In this document: positions 41,061 through 52,160 of the stretch, piece after piece
How positions within the stretch are numbered: the first letter of the stretch is position 1
How the letters are laid out: every line of letters starts with the position of its first letter
Assembly: GCA_963829055.1 (NCBI GenBank)
Contig: CAWHHI010000016.1
Coordinates: forward strand, 960,001 to 1,024,000
Direction: 5' to 3'
DNA length: 64,000 nucleotides
From: an uncultured Gemmatimonadaceae bacterium
GTDB taxonomy: Bacteria; Gemmatimonadota; Gemmatimonadetes; Gemmatimonadales; Gemmatimonadaceae
Notes under the pieces: model-generated
The model's input: the letters and a program-made list of their open reading frames with translations, nothing else
The model's database searches: none
Told to the model about the DNA's origin: nothing
Program-made: the position numbers and the translations under genes

Positions 41061-41947
41061 GCTTCGTGAGCGAGTCGGTAGGCCAGATTGCGGGACGCAC
41101 CATCGTCTCGAACGAGCGCGGCGGCGACGTCTCTCGCGCTGAGCCCGGAGTCACGGAGCGACCGTGCACGCGAGCGCAGCTCGTCTTCGTCGAGCGGTTG
41201 CGAAGTCATGCCCTCGAGCACGAGCACGACCTCCCCGCGCGGCGACGATCCATCGTAATACGCCGCAAGCTCCGCGACCGTTCCGCGCCGGACTTCCTCG
41301 AACTGTTTCGTCAACTCCCGGGCCACGACAGCCCGTCGTCCTCCGCCACCACGGCGCTGCAATTCGTCGAGCGTCGCGAACACGCGATTCGGCGACTCGT
41401 ACAGTACGGCCGTGTGCCGCAGAGCGCTCAGCTCTCCGAGCGCCTCCTCGCGTTCACGGCCCTTTCGGGCGAGAAACCCATAGAACGTGAATCGATCGCT
41501 CGCGATGCCGGAACTTACGAGCGCGGCGAGGAGCGCGGACGGGCCAGGAACAGGAACGACGGGAATACCAGCCTCCGCAGCATCGCGGACGAGCCGCGCG
41601 CCCGGATCGGAGAGCAGCGGCGTTCCGGCATCGGAGATCAACGCGACGTCCGTCCCATCGCGAAGACGAGCCAACGCACTCTCGGTTGCACGCGCCTCGT
41701 TATGCTCGTGATACGACATCATTCTCGTCGAGATGCCGTGGTGTACGAGCAGGTTTCGGGAATGGCGCGTGTCTTCGGCCAGAATGAGATGGACGCTCCG
41801 CAGGACGTGGATCGCGCGCAGGGTGATGTCCTGCATGTTGCCGATCGGCGTGCTGACGACGTAAAGCGAACCCGTTCGGACCGTCGTGCCGCCGACCTCA
41901 CTCGCTGTTTCGACCGCGTCGAGCTCGGCATCACCTGGCTCTACCAC
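41057..41947 (-). CDS. rsmI: 16S rRNA (C1402-2'-O)-methyltransferase; start may be downstream of 41947
   Basis: LYVVSTPIGN, AEDTR, SDAGTPLLSDPG, YESP, RELTKQFEE. Confidence 0.95.
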   Translation of the reverse strand: MVEPGDAELDAVETASEVGGTTVRTGSLYVVSTPIGNMQDITLRAIHVLRSVHLILAEDTRHSRNLLVHHGISTRMMSYHEHNEARATESALARLRDGTDVALISDAGTPLLSDPGARLVRDAAEAGIPVVPVPGPSALLAALVSSGIASDRFTFYGFLARKGREREEALGELSALRHTAVLYESPNRVFATLDELQRRGGGGRRAVVARELTKQFEEVRRGTVAELAAYYDGSSPRGEVVLVLEGMTSQPLDEDELRSRARSLRDSGLSARDVAAALVRDDGASRNLAYRLAHEA

Positions 41948-42918
41948 TCGAGCGCCCAGGGCAATGCGGAAAGGAATCCCGCCGCATGGAGCATGTGGCG
42001 TCGGTCGCGCGCAGCGACCTGCACCACGTTGCGTGCAGCCTCGTCGTCCCCGTCGAGTGATTCGCGGACGGTTTCAGTAACCCACGCGGCGACCGCGGCG
42101 GTGATTTCTTCCTGATCGTCCGGAGGATCCTCGGGCTTCGCGCCACCCACGAAACGTTTGAGCGCCGGGTGGCGACCCACCAACCCGTCCCGCACGCGCT
42201 CGCCCACGGCGGACGGAACCGGAACACCATACGAACCGAGCTCGAGATACAGTTTATCCACCAGCTCGCGATACGCCGTCACCAACGCTGCTGGCGCCTG
42301 CACCGGCATTGTCAGCGGCCCGGTCCAACCGCGAACCCGGGCCCGCGGGCGTGGTGACAGCGGTCCGAAGATGCGGCCGATTTGTTCGGTTCGGCCCGCG
42401 CCGCTGTCATCCACGAGATAACTGTGCTCGATCAGGCCCTCGTGCATGACGAGATAGTTGACCGTGTCTCGATTCACGACCTCGGTCACGCCCGTGAACT
42501 TCGTGTCGCGGAGATGCGGAAAGAGCACCTTGGGGTCACCCGCCAGGAAATCGGCCGGCCACGGTTCTGCGGGCACGACCAGCGTGTGGTACATGCACAC
42601 GAGTTGCTCCGGCGGCGCCTCGTAGAATGCGATTTCGCCGAATTCGGGCTCGGGTGGAATGCGGCCGAGTGATGCCGAGATGGCTGTCGGTTCAGTACCG
42701 CGCGGCGTGGAGCTGACCGCGTTTACGACCTCGCCATCCTGAAGAAACAAAAGGATGAACTCCTCAGGGAGCCAGATCGCGACGTAGCCCGCCACACGCG
42801 CGGTCCGATCGCGCTTGGCGTCGCTGATGAGATTGCGGAGGTGAACGTACGCGAGCTTGGTTCTCGCGAGGAGAACGCGGCTGTGGGGATAACGGAGTTG
42901 CGCGGCGTGTGCGGCCAT
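41941..42918 (-). CDS. Hypothetical protein, possibly tandem DUF4388/PATAN-like domains
   Basis: Long ORF with coding-like codon usage; two similar helix-G-strand-strand-G units. Confidence 0.6.
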   Translation of the reverse strand: MAAHAAQLRYPHSRVLLARTKLAYVHLRNLISDAKRDRTARVAGYVAIWLPEEFILLFLQDGEVVNAVSSTPRGTEPTAISASLGRIPPEPEFGEIAFYEAPPEQLVCMYHTLVVPAEPWPADFLAGDPKVLFPHLRDTKFTGVTEVVNRDTVNYLVMHEGLIEHSYLVDDSGAGRTEQIGRIFGPLSPRPRARVRGWTGPLTMPVQAPAALVTAYRELVDKLYLELGSYGVPVPSAVGERVRDGLVGRHPALKRFVGGAKPEDPPDDQEEITAAVAAWVTETVRESLDGDDEAARNVVQVAARDRRHMLHAAGFLSALPWALEW

Positions 42919-43014
42919 CGCGGGGGATGAAAGGGGAAACGCCCGAGAGACGACTCTCTCGGGCGTAACTTGCCGATCGCCGCTCGACGCCGCAATCGTT
43001 TCCCGCTCTGGCGT

Positions 43015-43344
43015 TTAGGCCGCAGCGTGCTGCTTGAACTTCGACTCGAGCGCCGGCTTCGGTACAGCGCCGATCACTTGATCCACGAGCTTGCCGTTCT
43101 TGAAGAACAGCACCGCCGGGATCGACCGGACGTTGAAGCGCGTCGCCGTGCGAATGTTCGAGTCCACATCGAGCTTGGCCACCTTCGCCTTGCCCTGATA
43201 TTCCACCGCGAGCTGATCGAGAATGGGCGCGATCATGCGGCACGGGCCACACCAGGTCGCCCAGAAATCAACCACCGCGAGACCATCGTGCTTCTCGATC
43301 TCCTGCTCGAAGTCCGCGTCGGTCACTGCCACTGCGTTCGACAT
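43015..43344 (-). CDS. trxA: Thioredoxin
   Basis: DFWATWCGPC, SIP. Confidence 0.97.
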   Translation of the reverse strand: MSNAVAVTDADFEQEIEKHDGLAVVDFWATWCGPCRMIAPILDQLAVEYQGKAKVAKLDVDSNIRTATRFNVRSIPAVLFFKNGKLVDQVIGAVPKPALESKFKQHAAA

Positions 43345-43435
43345 TTCTGTAAGCCTCCAGCGGCCGGGCTTCGCCCGACCGGGAATCGGATTAACTTCTC
43401 GCGCTTCTCACACGTTCTCACGTAGCGGAAGCGCC

Positions 43436-43849
43436 ATGAGCATTCCACCAGCCCGCCGCGGAACCCGCCTCGCGCACATCGGCATTGCGGTGCGGTCCCT
43501 CGATGAGATCCTGCCATTCTATCGCGACATCCTCGGCCTTCCCGAGGAGCCGCTCGACGACGCCGACGGAGCGACCATTGCCGGCCTCAGGGCCGGCGAA
43601 CCGCTCGTCGAATTGTTGGAAGCCGAATCCCCGGACTCACCCATAGGCAGGTTCGTGGCCAAACGTGGCCCGGGCATTCATCACCTTTGCTTCGCCGTCG
43701 ACGACCTCGACGTCGCGCTGGAGCGCTGTCGAGCCGCCGGCATTCGTCTCATCGATGAGTCACCCCGCATCGGTGCGGAGAAGAAGCGCATCGCGTTTCT
43801 CCATCCGGCATCGACCGCGGGAGTTCTTATCGAGCTGTCGGAATATTAA
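43436..43849 (+). CDS. mce: Methylmalonyl-CoA epimerase (VOC family)
   Basis: [31 protein letters not shown]. Confidence 0.85.
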   Translation: MSIPPARRGTRLAHIGIAVRSLDEILPFYRDILGLPEEPLDDADGATIAGLRAGEPLVELLEAESPDSPIGRFVAKRGPGIHHLCFAVDDLDVALERCRAAGIRLIDESPRIGAEKKRIAFLHPASTAGVLIELSEY

Positions 43850-43904
43850 TCCAGGCTGCTGTGCTTCCGTTCCGCATTCGGAATCCGCACCCAGGCTGAC
43901 GAGG

Positions 43905-44354
43905 TCAGCGCTTGCAGAGTGCCGTAACGGCCGCGAAGTCAGCGTCTTCGACGTACCAGCGGTCGGACGGACCTTTCACCGTCGTGAAACGCGGTGTCTT
44001 CGTGACGGCTCCCCTGGTTATCTCTACACGAAGGACTCGCTTGCCGTTGTCACCCGGCTGCTCGTCTACGATCTGGTGCTTGTCGCTGTCGTAGCAGCCC
44101 TGCATTACGATGAGGCGTTTCTCGAGTTCGGCTCGCTCGAACTGATCGCGCGCTGGCCCCTTGGACGTTCCCCACGCAATCGACATCTCCTGGAGGTCCT
44201 GGCTCTTTGCAGCCGCCAGAAACCGCTCGACCGCCTGCTTCGGAGCAGCGGCACCCGGAAGGTTCGCCGGGACGCTCGCGTTGGAACTGGGCGGCGGGGT
44301 CGAAGCCGACCGACAAGCGGCGAAGGTCAGCAACAACAGGATCGTTCGCTTCAC
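43905..44354 (-). CDS. Hypothetical lipoprotein
   Basis: GTG start, [14 protein letters not shown] lipobox; NTF2-like pattern (AVERFLAA...WYV). Confidence 0.7.
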   Translation of the reverse strand: MKRTILLLLTFAACRSASTPPPSSNASVPANLPGAAAPKQAVERFLAAAKSQDLQEMSIAWGTSKGPARDQFERAELEKRLIVMQGCYDSDKHQIVDEQPGDNGKRVLRVEITRGAVTKTPRFTTVKGPSDRWYVEDADFAAVTALCKR

Positions 44355-44402
44355 TGGACTCTCTCCACGCGCTCTGGCGTGCAAATGGTGGTTCGGCCCG
44401 CA

Positions 44403-45129
44403 ATGTACCAGCGCCTTTACATTAACATCGACCACGTCGCGACGCTGCGCCAAGCGCGTCGCACCATCGAACCCGACCCGGTACTCGCTGCGGTCGAATG
44501 CGAGACCGCCGGGGCCGATGGCATCACCGCGCACCTGCGCGAGGATCGCCGTCACATCCAGGATGACGACGTGGAGCGCCTGACGACAACAGTTCGGACG
44601 GTGCTGAACCTCGAGATGGCCTGCACGCGCGAGATGGTCGCGATCGCCGACCCGACTCCGGCCGTACCAGGTGACGTTCGTTCCGGAACGACGCGAGGAG
44701 GTCACGACCGAAGGGGGTCTCGATGTCTCGCGCGATCCAAAGGGACTGCGCTCCGCGATCGAAGCGCTCGGGGCGTCGGGCGTTCGGACGAGCCTCTTCA
44801 TCGACCCGGACCTCGACACAGTCACTCGCTCGCGGGACCTGGGCGCCGTCGCAATCGAGCTTCACACCGGGCGCTATGCGCACCATCCGAACGACCCAGC
44901 CGTTCTCCGGGCGCTGGAGGACGCATCTCGCCATGGAAAAGCGCTCGGACTGGCCGTCCACGCGGGGCACGGCCTGACGACGCGCAACGTCGCGCCGGTC
45001 GCGGCGATTCCCGAAATCGAGGAGCTGAACATCGGCCACTCGATCGTCAGTCGCGCGGTCTTCGTGGGGATCGCGGACGCCGTTCGCGAAATGCGTGCGG
45101 TCATGGATGTTGCGCGCACCCGAGGGTAG
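44403..45129 (+). CDS. pdxJ: Pyridoxine 5'-phosphate synthase (frameshift near 44650)
   Basis: [52 protein letters not shown]. Confidence 0.95.
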
Positions 45130-45182
45130 ACCGTCCTTGGGCGTGCGGCTTAACTTCGGGCGGTTCCCCTGACGGAGCGGGC

Positions 45183-46825
45183 ATGAGCGTGGCGGTCGGG
45201 CTGCTGGACTTCTACATCCTCGAGGCGAGTGAATACGTCGACCAGCTCGACGCACTGGTCGGCGCTGCCGTGCACGCGCCCCCCGAGTCGACGCCGTTCA
45301 TCACCGCCGCGCGCGCGCTGCGTGGCAGCTCCACCATGGCCAAGCTCCTGCGCCTGGCGGAGCTGGCCGGCTCAGTCGAGCGAGTCGGCCGAGGGTTGCG
45401 CGACGGGTCCGTGCGCTGGACGGTCGAGCTTCGATCTGCCGTCGTCGCCGCGATCGATGACATCCGCGTCCTGCTCCGGACGGTCCGTACGTGGAGCGCG
45501 TCCGAGGAACAGCGCGCCGCGGCCCGCATCGCCGAGTTGCGGCGCTTCGTGCCGGAAGGTGCCGCGCCGACGAACACGCCGATCAGCAGCGCGGTCAGCC
45601 CGACGTTCTTCGCGTCGGAAGTCGAAGGCGTCGCCGCCGCGCTCGATGCATTCGTTGCCTCGCCAGCGGATCGTCGCTCGCTCGACGAAGCGCTCGGACG
45701 CGTTCGCGCGCTGCGTGGCATCGCGACACTGAAGGACCTGCCGCCGCTCTCGGACGTCGCCGATGCCATCGAGCACGCAGCGAGAACGAGCACCGGCGAC
45801 GGACGATCGCTGACCACGCAGCATGCCGAGTTGTACGATGCGTCCGCGCACGTGCTTCGACGTGCGGCGCGGGAGCTTCGGACGTCGGGGCGTCCGGACG
45901 CATCCGCTCCGGAAGTCCGCCGGTTCGCGGCACGCGACGACCGCACTGCAGGAACAGACGCGCGACGAAGAGCAGGTCGTGCCAGTCGCGAATCTGTTCT
46001 ACGGGGATGAGGGTCCGCACGTCGTGTCCCGCGCCGATCGCCCGGCCGCGACGGTCGAAGCGCGTTTCCGCACGGAGATCACGTCGCTCGCCGAACACCT
46101 GCGACGCCTCGTGGATGAAGCGCGAAACGCCAATACCGCGGTGAGTCGCGACCGCGCGATGCACGAGTTGCGGCGCGCGTTGCGCACCGCTCGTGGGACG
46201 CTCGAGAGCTTTGGTCGCGCCGACGCCGGCCGCTTCTTCGCGAATGCGGCCGCGGAGCCGAACGTCGGCGATCCGATGCTGCTTTCGTCCATCGACGCCG
46301 CCGCGACCCTGCTCGGCTCCCCATCCATCGCGATGACGGATCTCGTCGTTAGGCTGGCGGAGCTGGGGCGCGGAAGTACGGTCGATCGCGCGATCGGCAT
46401 GGCGTTCAGCCCACTCGGCCAGCCTCGTCGAGCTCCTTCTGGTACGACGGCGCCAACGCCCGCTGCGGATGCTCCGCGGTCCGATCGCAGAACGCCCGCG
46501 CCCACCCGCGTGTCACGTCCCACCCCCGGCCGGGGCGACGCTCCGGTCGCGCGACGCGCGCCGCTTACGCCGACCGGTGCAGAGCTTCACCAGTTCCTGC
46601 AGTCCGGCATCGCCGGGTTCACTGAGCTCGATCAGACTCCACTCGCGGCGCCTGCCCTGCTCGACGATGCGACGCTCATTCCCGATTGAGGATCTGTTGT
46701 ATCGCGGTCGGGGCGCGCTCGAGCGCGCGATCGAGGTGCGCGACCTGATGCGCCTGTCGGGCGGGAACAACGACGAGGCGCTCGCGGAGCTGTTCGATCT
46801 GCTGGATCTCGCCGCCGCCGACTAG
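45183..46825 (+). CDS. Multi-Hpt-like domain protein lacking phosphoacceptor His (frameshifts near 45935 and 46680)
   Basis: [17 protein letters not shown]...[17 protein letters not shown]; second unit VRALRGIA; third LRTARG; C-terminal IEDLLYRG...ELFDLLDLA. Confidence 0.65.
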
Positions 46826-46831
46826 CCCGAC

Positions 46832-47846
46832 ATGCGATTGAACTGGAAGAGCGCGCTCGGCATTGCGCTGAGCGCCGGGCTCCTCGTGTGGACGCTTCGT
46901 GGGGAATCGCCGGCGGAGATCTGGTCGGTGCTCTCGCAGTCGAACCTGCCGCTGCTCGCGCTCGCAGCGCTGGTCGCGACGTCGATCTTCCCGCTGCGCG
47001 CGATCCGATGGCGGATCATCCTCGACCCTCTGGCGCCCAAGCTGCCGATCGGTGCCCTGTGGCGATCCATCGCGATCGGGATGATGGTCAATAACATCTA
47101 TCCCGCTCGGCTGGGCGAGGTTGCCCGCGCCTTCGCCCTGACGCGTGAGACGAGGCGCGTGAGCCTGGCGGGGTCGGTCGCGTCGCTCGCGGTGGACCGG
47201 GTGTTCGACGCGCTCACGCTTGATGCTGCTCCTCGTGAGCGCGATGCTCGTTCCGGAATTTCCGAAGGGCATGACGGTGGGCGGACAGCCTGTCCAGCGC
47301 GGCGCGTTCGTGTTTGGTGCGGGCGCTGTCGGCCTGTTCGTGATCCTGTACGTCATCGTCGCGATTCCCGAACGGCTCGTGTGGATGTACGCCGCCGTCG
47401 TCGGCAGGTTCGCGCCGCGATTCGTGACCCGCGGGAGCGAGATCATTCACTCGTTCTCCCAGGGGCTAGGCGTTCTTCGCAGCCCGACGCGGTTCATTGC
47501 AGTGTTTTTCTGGGCGATCGTCCATTGGCTCGTGAACGCACTGGCGTTCTGGCTCGGGTTCAAGGCGGTCGGGATCAATGTGCCGTTCAGCGCCGCGAAC
47601 TTCCTTCAGGGGATCATCGCTATCGGCGTCGCGCTGCCATCGTCACCGGGTTTCTTCGGCGTATTCGAGGCGGCGTCGAGGGTTGGGCTCGAGGTGTACA
47701 GCGTGCCCGGTCGTCAGGCAGTGAGCTGGGCCATCGGGTTTCACGTGCTGTCGTTCATTCCGATCACCGTCATGGGCCTGTACTACTTCGCTCGGCTCGG
47801 TCTGCACTTCAGCGATTTCAAGACGCCGCCGTCCGATAAGCAATGA
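46832..47846 (+). CDS. Lysylphosphatidylglycerol synthase TM/UPF0104 flippase-like protein (frameshift near 47220)
   Basis: RAIRW, NNIYPARLGE..R, DRVFD, PSSPGFFGVFE. Confidence 0.85.
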
Positions 47847-48784
47847 GCAGCGCGGTCGACCTGCCGCGCATCGCGAACGGGACGGCCGCTCGTACCGTCG
47901 CGCAGGCGAAGCTCAACCTGTTCCTGCGCGTGCTCGCGCGCGAAGCCAGCGGCTACCATCAGATCGAGACGCTGTTCTGCCGGCTCGAGCTGGGCGATGA
48001 CGTGGTCGTGCGCACGAACGTGCGCGGCCGGTCGCTGGACTGCGTGGGCGACGCGATCCCGCCGGAGGGGCTCGGGCCGACAGAACGCAACCTTGGCTGG
48101 CGCGCCGCCGCTGCCTACTCCGCCGCTACCGGATGGCCTAACGATTGGGCGGTCGAGATCTCGAAGCGCGTGCCCGTCGGCGGCGGCATGGGTGGTGGGA
48201 GCGCCGACGCGGGTGCCGTGCTGCGCTGCCTGAACGCGCTGTCCCCCCGGCCGCTTTCCGAACACGAGTTGCTGTCGCTCGCCGCGCCGCTCGGCGCCGA
48301 CGTGCCATTCTTGTCCATTGATGCGCCACTCGCACTGGCGTGGGGGCGCGGAGAGCGGCTGTTGAAATTGCCGGCGCTTCCGAGCCGCGACGTCGCGCTC
48401 ATCACGTTCCCATTCGGGGTGGTGACGCGGGACGCCTACGGCTGGTTGGACGACGCCCGCGGTGGCGACGGTTCCGACGCAAACGCGCTGACGCTGCACG
48501 ATCTCTCGACGTGGAGCGGCGTCTGTCGGCTCGCGCATAACGATTTCGAGCCCGTCGTGTCCAAGCGCATCGCGGACGTTGCCGCGTCGTTGTCGGTGCT
48601 GCGGACTGCACTCGCGACGGGGCGCGATCGCGACGCGATCGCGCTGCTCGCCGGCTCGGGGGCGACAGTGTTCCTGGTCTCCGACGATCTGCCGCTCCGT
48701 GAGGTGCGCGCGGAAGGCATAGCGTCGCGCACGCTTCGCACGCGCACGGCCACCCGTGTTGTTGACGTGGAGGTGTCGGGGTAG
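47843..48784 (+). CDS. ispE: 4-diphosphocytidyl-2-C-methyl-D-erythritol kinase
   Basis: AKLNLFL, GYHQIET, KRVPVGGGMGGGSAD, LGADVPF, NDFE, GSG. Confidence 0.93.
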   Translation: MSSAVDLPRIANGTAARTVAQAKLNLFLRVLAREASGYHQIETLFCRLELGDDVVVRTNVRGRSLDCVGDAIPPEGLGPTERNLGWRAAAAYSAATGWPNDWAVEISKRVPVGGGMGGGSADAGAVLRCLNALSPRPLSEHELLSLAAPLGADVPFLSIDAPLALAWGRGERLLKLPALPSRDVALITFPFGVVTRDAYGWLDDARGGDGSDANALTLHDLSTWSGVCRLAHNDFEPVVSKRIADVAASLSVLRTALATGRDRDAIALLAGSGATVFLVSDDLPLREVRAEGIASRTLRTRTATRVVDVEVSG

Positions 48785-48799
48785 GTTTCCGGCGGTAGG

Positions 48800-48870
48800 T
48801 GCCCCTTCGTCTAACGGTAAGACAACGGCCTTTGGAGCCGTGAATCGTGGTTCGATTCCACGAGGGGCAA
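48800..48870 (+). tRNA. tRNA-Gln(UUG)
   Basis: Acceptor TGCCCCT/AGGGGCA, anticodon arm ACGGC-CTTTGGA-GCCGT, GGTTCGATTCC; usual position after ispE. Confidence 0.93.
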
Positions 48871-48905
48871 TCGGCCCGCTCTTCCCTCGCCGACACTCAC
48901 CTCAC

Positions 48906-49878
48906 ATGGCTGTCCCAGAACGCCTCCCGATCCGCGGCGGTGATGACGACGCGCGGATCGACGCCGCCATCGGCAACACGCCCATGGTCCGCCTAACGCG
49001 CGTCGTCGAGCCGGCGATGGCCGAGGTGTGGGTCAAGATCGAGGGGATGAATCCCGGGGGATCGATCAAGGACCGCACCGCGCTCGGCATGATCATCGAC
49101 GCGGAGCGCAGCGGGGCGCTCCAACCCGGCCAGATGATCGTCGAGCCGACGTCCGGCAACACCGGCATCGGTCTCGCCCAGGTGGCGGCGGCGCGCGGCT
49201 ATCCGCTCACGCTCTGCCTTCCGGCGCAGATGAGCGAGGAGCGCAAGCGTACGCTGCTCGCCTATGGCGCCCGTCTCGTGCTCACCGACCCCGAACGACG
49301 CATGCTCGCGGCGATCGAGGAAGCGGAGCGCATCCGCGATGCGACTGGCGCGTGGATGGCGAACCAGTTCGCGAATCCGGCGAACCCACGGGTTCACTAC
49401 GAGACGACGGCGCCCGAACTGTGGCGCCAGATGGACGGCCGCATCGACGCATTCGTCTACGGCTCCGGTACCGGCGGGACCATCTCGGGAGTCGGTCGGT
49501 TTCTTCGCGAACGCAATCCGCGCGTCACGGTGGTTGCCGTGGAACCGGGACGGAGCCCTGTGCTCTCCGGCGGCGAGCGCGGGCAGCATCAGTTCCAGGG
49601 CATGGGGCCGGGGTTCGTCCCACCGAATTTCGACCGGCAGCGTGGTCGACCGCGTCGTTCAGGCGTGGGAAGAGGACGCGTTCCCACTCGCACGACGGCT
49701 CGCGCGCGAGGAAGGGCTGTTCGTCGGTATGTCGAGCGGCGCGATCACCTGGGTGGCGCTGCAGATCGCCCGCGAAATCGGACCGGGCCGTCGCGTCGCG
49801 ATGATCGCGCCGGATTCCGGTGCGAGATATCTGTCGACGTCCTTGTTCGAGGCGCCGCCCCCCGACCCGTCGCCATAA
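48906..49878 (+). CDS. cysK: Cysteine synthase (O-acetylserine sulfhydrylase), frameshift near 49635
   Basis: IGNTPMV, NPGGSIKDR, EPTSGNTGIG, NQFANPAN, GSGTGGT, QGMG, EGLFVGMSSGA, PDSGARY. Confidence 0.9.
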
Positions 49879-49933
49879 ATCCGCGTAGAGCCCTGTCGGG
49901 CGAGGCGTTCCGTCGCTACCTTGGCGCCTCCCC

Positions 49934-50425
49934 ATGAAATGCTCAGCTCGCCGGATACCGCTCGCTGCTGTCCTTCTCTCCATCGCCGCGTGCAGTCATC
50001 AAGCGACGCCGGACACATCGGTCACGCCGGTGCGCATGGTTGCGCCCGACTCGGTAGTGACGTGCAGTGACTGGGTCCGCCGTGCGGTCGCCGATCCGGA
50101 AATGGGCGTCGAGCAGGTGCCTGCGCCCGTCGCATTCAAGCCAGCGCCCATCCCGCGACCGATTCCGAAAGGCGTGCTCGGGAAGGACGGCAAGGCAGAA
50201 GTGCGAATTCGCGTTCTCGTCGACACGCTGGGCGCGGCGGACATGGCCACGTTCACGGTTATCAAGAGCACCAGTCCCACGTTGACAAAACTCGTCCGCA
50301 CGGCCGTCGCGAAGTGGACGTTCTCGCCCGCCCGGGTGAGCGGTTGCAAGGTGCCGCGCAACTTCAACTGGGCGGCCGTCTATCCCCCCGCGCAAGTCGG
50401 CGATGACAACAATGACGCACGTTAG
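49934..50425 (+). CDS. Lipoprotein with TonB C-terminal-like domain
   Basis: IAAC lipobox, Pro-rich segment, VRIRVLVDTLG...AVAKWTFSPA..SGCKV. Confidence 0.6.
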   Translation: MKCSARRIPLAAVLLSIAACSHQATPDTSVTPVRMVAPDSVVTCSDWVRRAVADPEMGVEQVPAPVAFKPAPIPRPIPKGVLGKDGKAEVRIRVLVDTLGAADMATFTVIKSTSPTLTKLVRTAVAKWTFSPARVSGCKVPRNFNWAAVYPPAQVGDDNNDAR

Positions 50426-52154
50426 GCTCATCGGCGCGGCCATGGCGGCACTCGCCATGTCCGGGTGCCTCGATGACACACCCACAGCGGCCACACCCCC
50501 CAGCGTCCGGGCAACGCTCAGCGCGAACGTCGTCGGCGAGATGGCCGGCGGAACCGTCCGCATTCGCGTCGCCTACCGCACCAATACACAGACGCTCGTC
50601 ACGCTCCCTTCGAACCCCGCGCAGGTCACGCTTGCGGCCGGAGCGACGGTGGTGGTTCCGGTCACCGTCGACATCGGCCGGTGTCTCAAGGATCGCCAGC
50701 GTGCGTTGGCCACGACGCGTGGGTGTCAACTCACGATCGAGCTGACGCTGAGCGACGCAACAGGTGAGACCGTAGACGAGCAGTCCATCGATGCGCCGAA
50801 ACCGGCGACGCCGGGGGCGACAGTGGACTTCGGCTCCATAACCATTGGCGCTCGCGTATCGACGATCACGGTTGCTCCGGCATCGGTCACTGCGAACGTG
50901 TCGCAGGACCAACAGCTGACCGCCACCGTGCGTGATCTGAGCGGCGCCGTTGTCACGACGGCTCCGCTGACGTGGACGACGAGCGATGCCACCGTCGTGC
51001 AGATCGGCGCCGTGTCAGGCCAATCGGTAACCATACGCCCGCTCAAGCTTGGCGTTGCGACCGTCACGGCGACCGCCGGACGAAAGACGAGCAATGCGGT
51101 GAGCGTGAACGTCGTCCCGCCAACACCGTTAACCCTTCGGCAGCGGCCCGCCGCGGGGTGCATCATCGCCGGGCAGACGGTCACGCTGGATGTCGATACG
51201 CCGCCGGCAGCCATTGCGTGGTCCAGCGCCAATCCGGCTATCGCGACGGTCAACCCGACCACCGGCGTCGTCACCGGCGTCGTTGCAGGAGAGACGACGA
51301 TCACGGCGACGAGCGGCATTCGCACCGGGACCGCAACGGTCTGCGTCATCGGCCCCTTCGTCGTGACGCCGTCGAGCCTAACGATCGTCGCCGCTCGCAC
51401 GGCGCAGCTGACCGTGTCGAACTCCGTCGGCGCCACGCTCTCGTACGTCTCGAGTGCCGGATCGGTGGCGAGTGTCAGCTCCAGCGGTATCGTTCACGCC
51501 ATCACGGTCGGCCAGACGACGATCACGACGACGGTGGTCGCCGCGAGCGGCACGATCACGCTGACCACGCCCGTCACAGTGAACGCCGGCAGCGTGGACA
51601 TCTCGCCAACCAGCGCGACGGCGTCGGTCGATGGCACCTCGCGGTATGGCGTCGTCGTCCGCGACGGAGACGGTGGACTGCTAGCCGACGTTGCGGCGAC
51701 GTGGACGATCGACGACCCATCGATAGGAACGCTGTCCGTGACTGCCGGGCCGACGGTGGACGTGCGCGCAACGAAGATCGGGACCACCACCGTCCGGGCC
51801 GCGGTGCCCGGAGGCTCGGCGTCAGCGTCCTTCACGGTGACGGCAGCGCTGCCCGCGGTGCGTCTCGAGAAGGTCTCGGGCGATGACGCCGTCTCGGGGC
51901 CGGTCGCGAACTACGTCCAGGTGTTGACGCTGAATCGCACGGTGACTCCCGCGGCGCTCACTCTCGCGTTCGATGAGTCGCAGCTGCCATTCGGCAACTA
52001 CGTACTCGACATCACGGTCTCGACAACCACGCCGGGAATCGGTACCGACGTCGAAACGATCGTGTTCACTCCAGCCCCTTCAGGGTTCTCGACCTCGAAC
52101 GCGCCCCGACGGCAGGACTTGCGTCGAGCGTCGGTCGCTCTGCGAGCACCGTAG
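50403..52154 (+). CDS. Lipoprotein with tandem bacterial Ig-like (Big_2) repeats
   Basis: MSGC lipobox; repeated WTTSDATV, WSSANPAIATV..GVVTG, SVASVSSSGIV, WTIDDPSIG units. Confidence 0.8.
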   Translation: MTTMTHVRLIGAAMAALAMSGCLDDTPTAATPPSVRATLSANVVGEMAGGTVRIRVAYRTNTQTLVTLPSNPAQVTLAAGATVVVPVTVDIGRCLKDRQRALATTRGCQLTIELTLSDATGETVDEQSIDAPKPATPGATVDFGSITIGARVSTITVAPASVTANVSQDQQLTATVRDLSGAVVTTAPLTWTTSDATVVQIGAVSGQSVTIRPLKLGVATVTATAGRKTSNAVSVNVVPPTPLTLRQRPAAGCIIAGQTVTLDVDTPPAAIAWSSANPAIATVNPTTGVVTGVVAGETTITATSGIRTGTATVCVIGPFVVTPSSLTIVAARTAQLTVSNSVGATLSYVSSAGSVASVSSSGIVHAITVGQTTITTTVVAASGTITLTTPVTVNAGSVDISPTSATASVDGTSRYGVVVRDGDGGLLADVAATWTIDDPSIGTLSVTAGPTVDVRATKIGTTTVRAAVPGGSASASFTVTAALPAVRLEKVSGDDAVSGPVANYVQVLTLNRTVTPAALTLAFDESQLPFGNYVLDITVSTTTPGIGTDVETIVFTPAPSGFSTSNAPRRQDLRRASVALRAP

Positions 52155-52160
52155 CCTCGA

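Noticed and set aside
43665..46010. 781-aa ORF as a single fusion protein
   Set aside because: It is a chance read-through joining antisense sequence, the 5' half of frameshifted pdxJ and the start of the Hpt-like gene.
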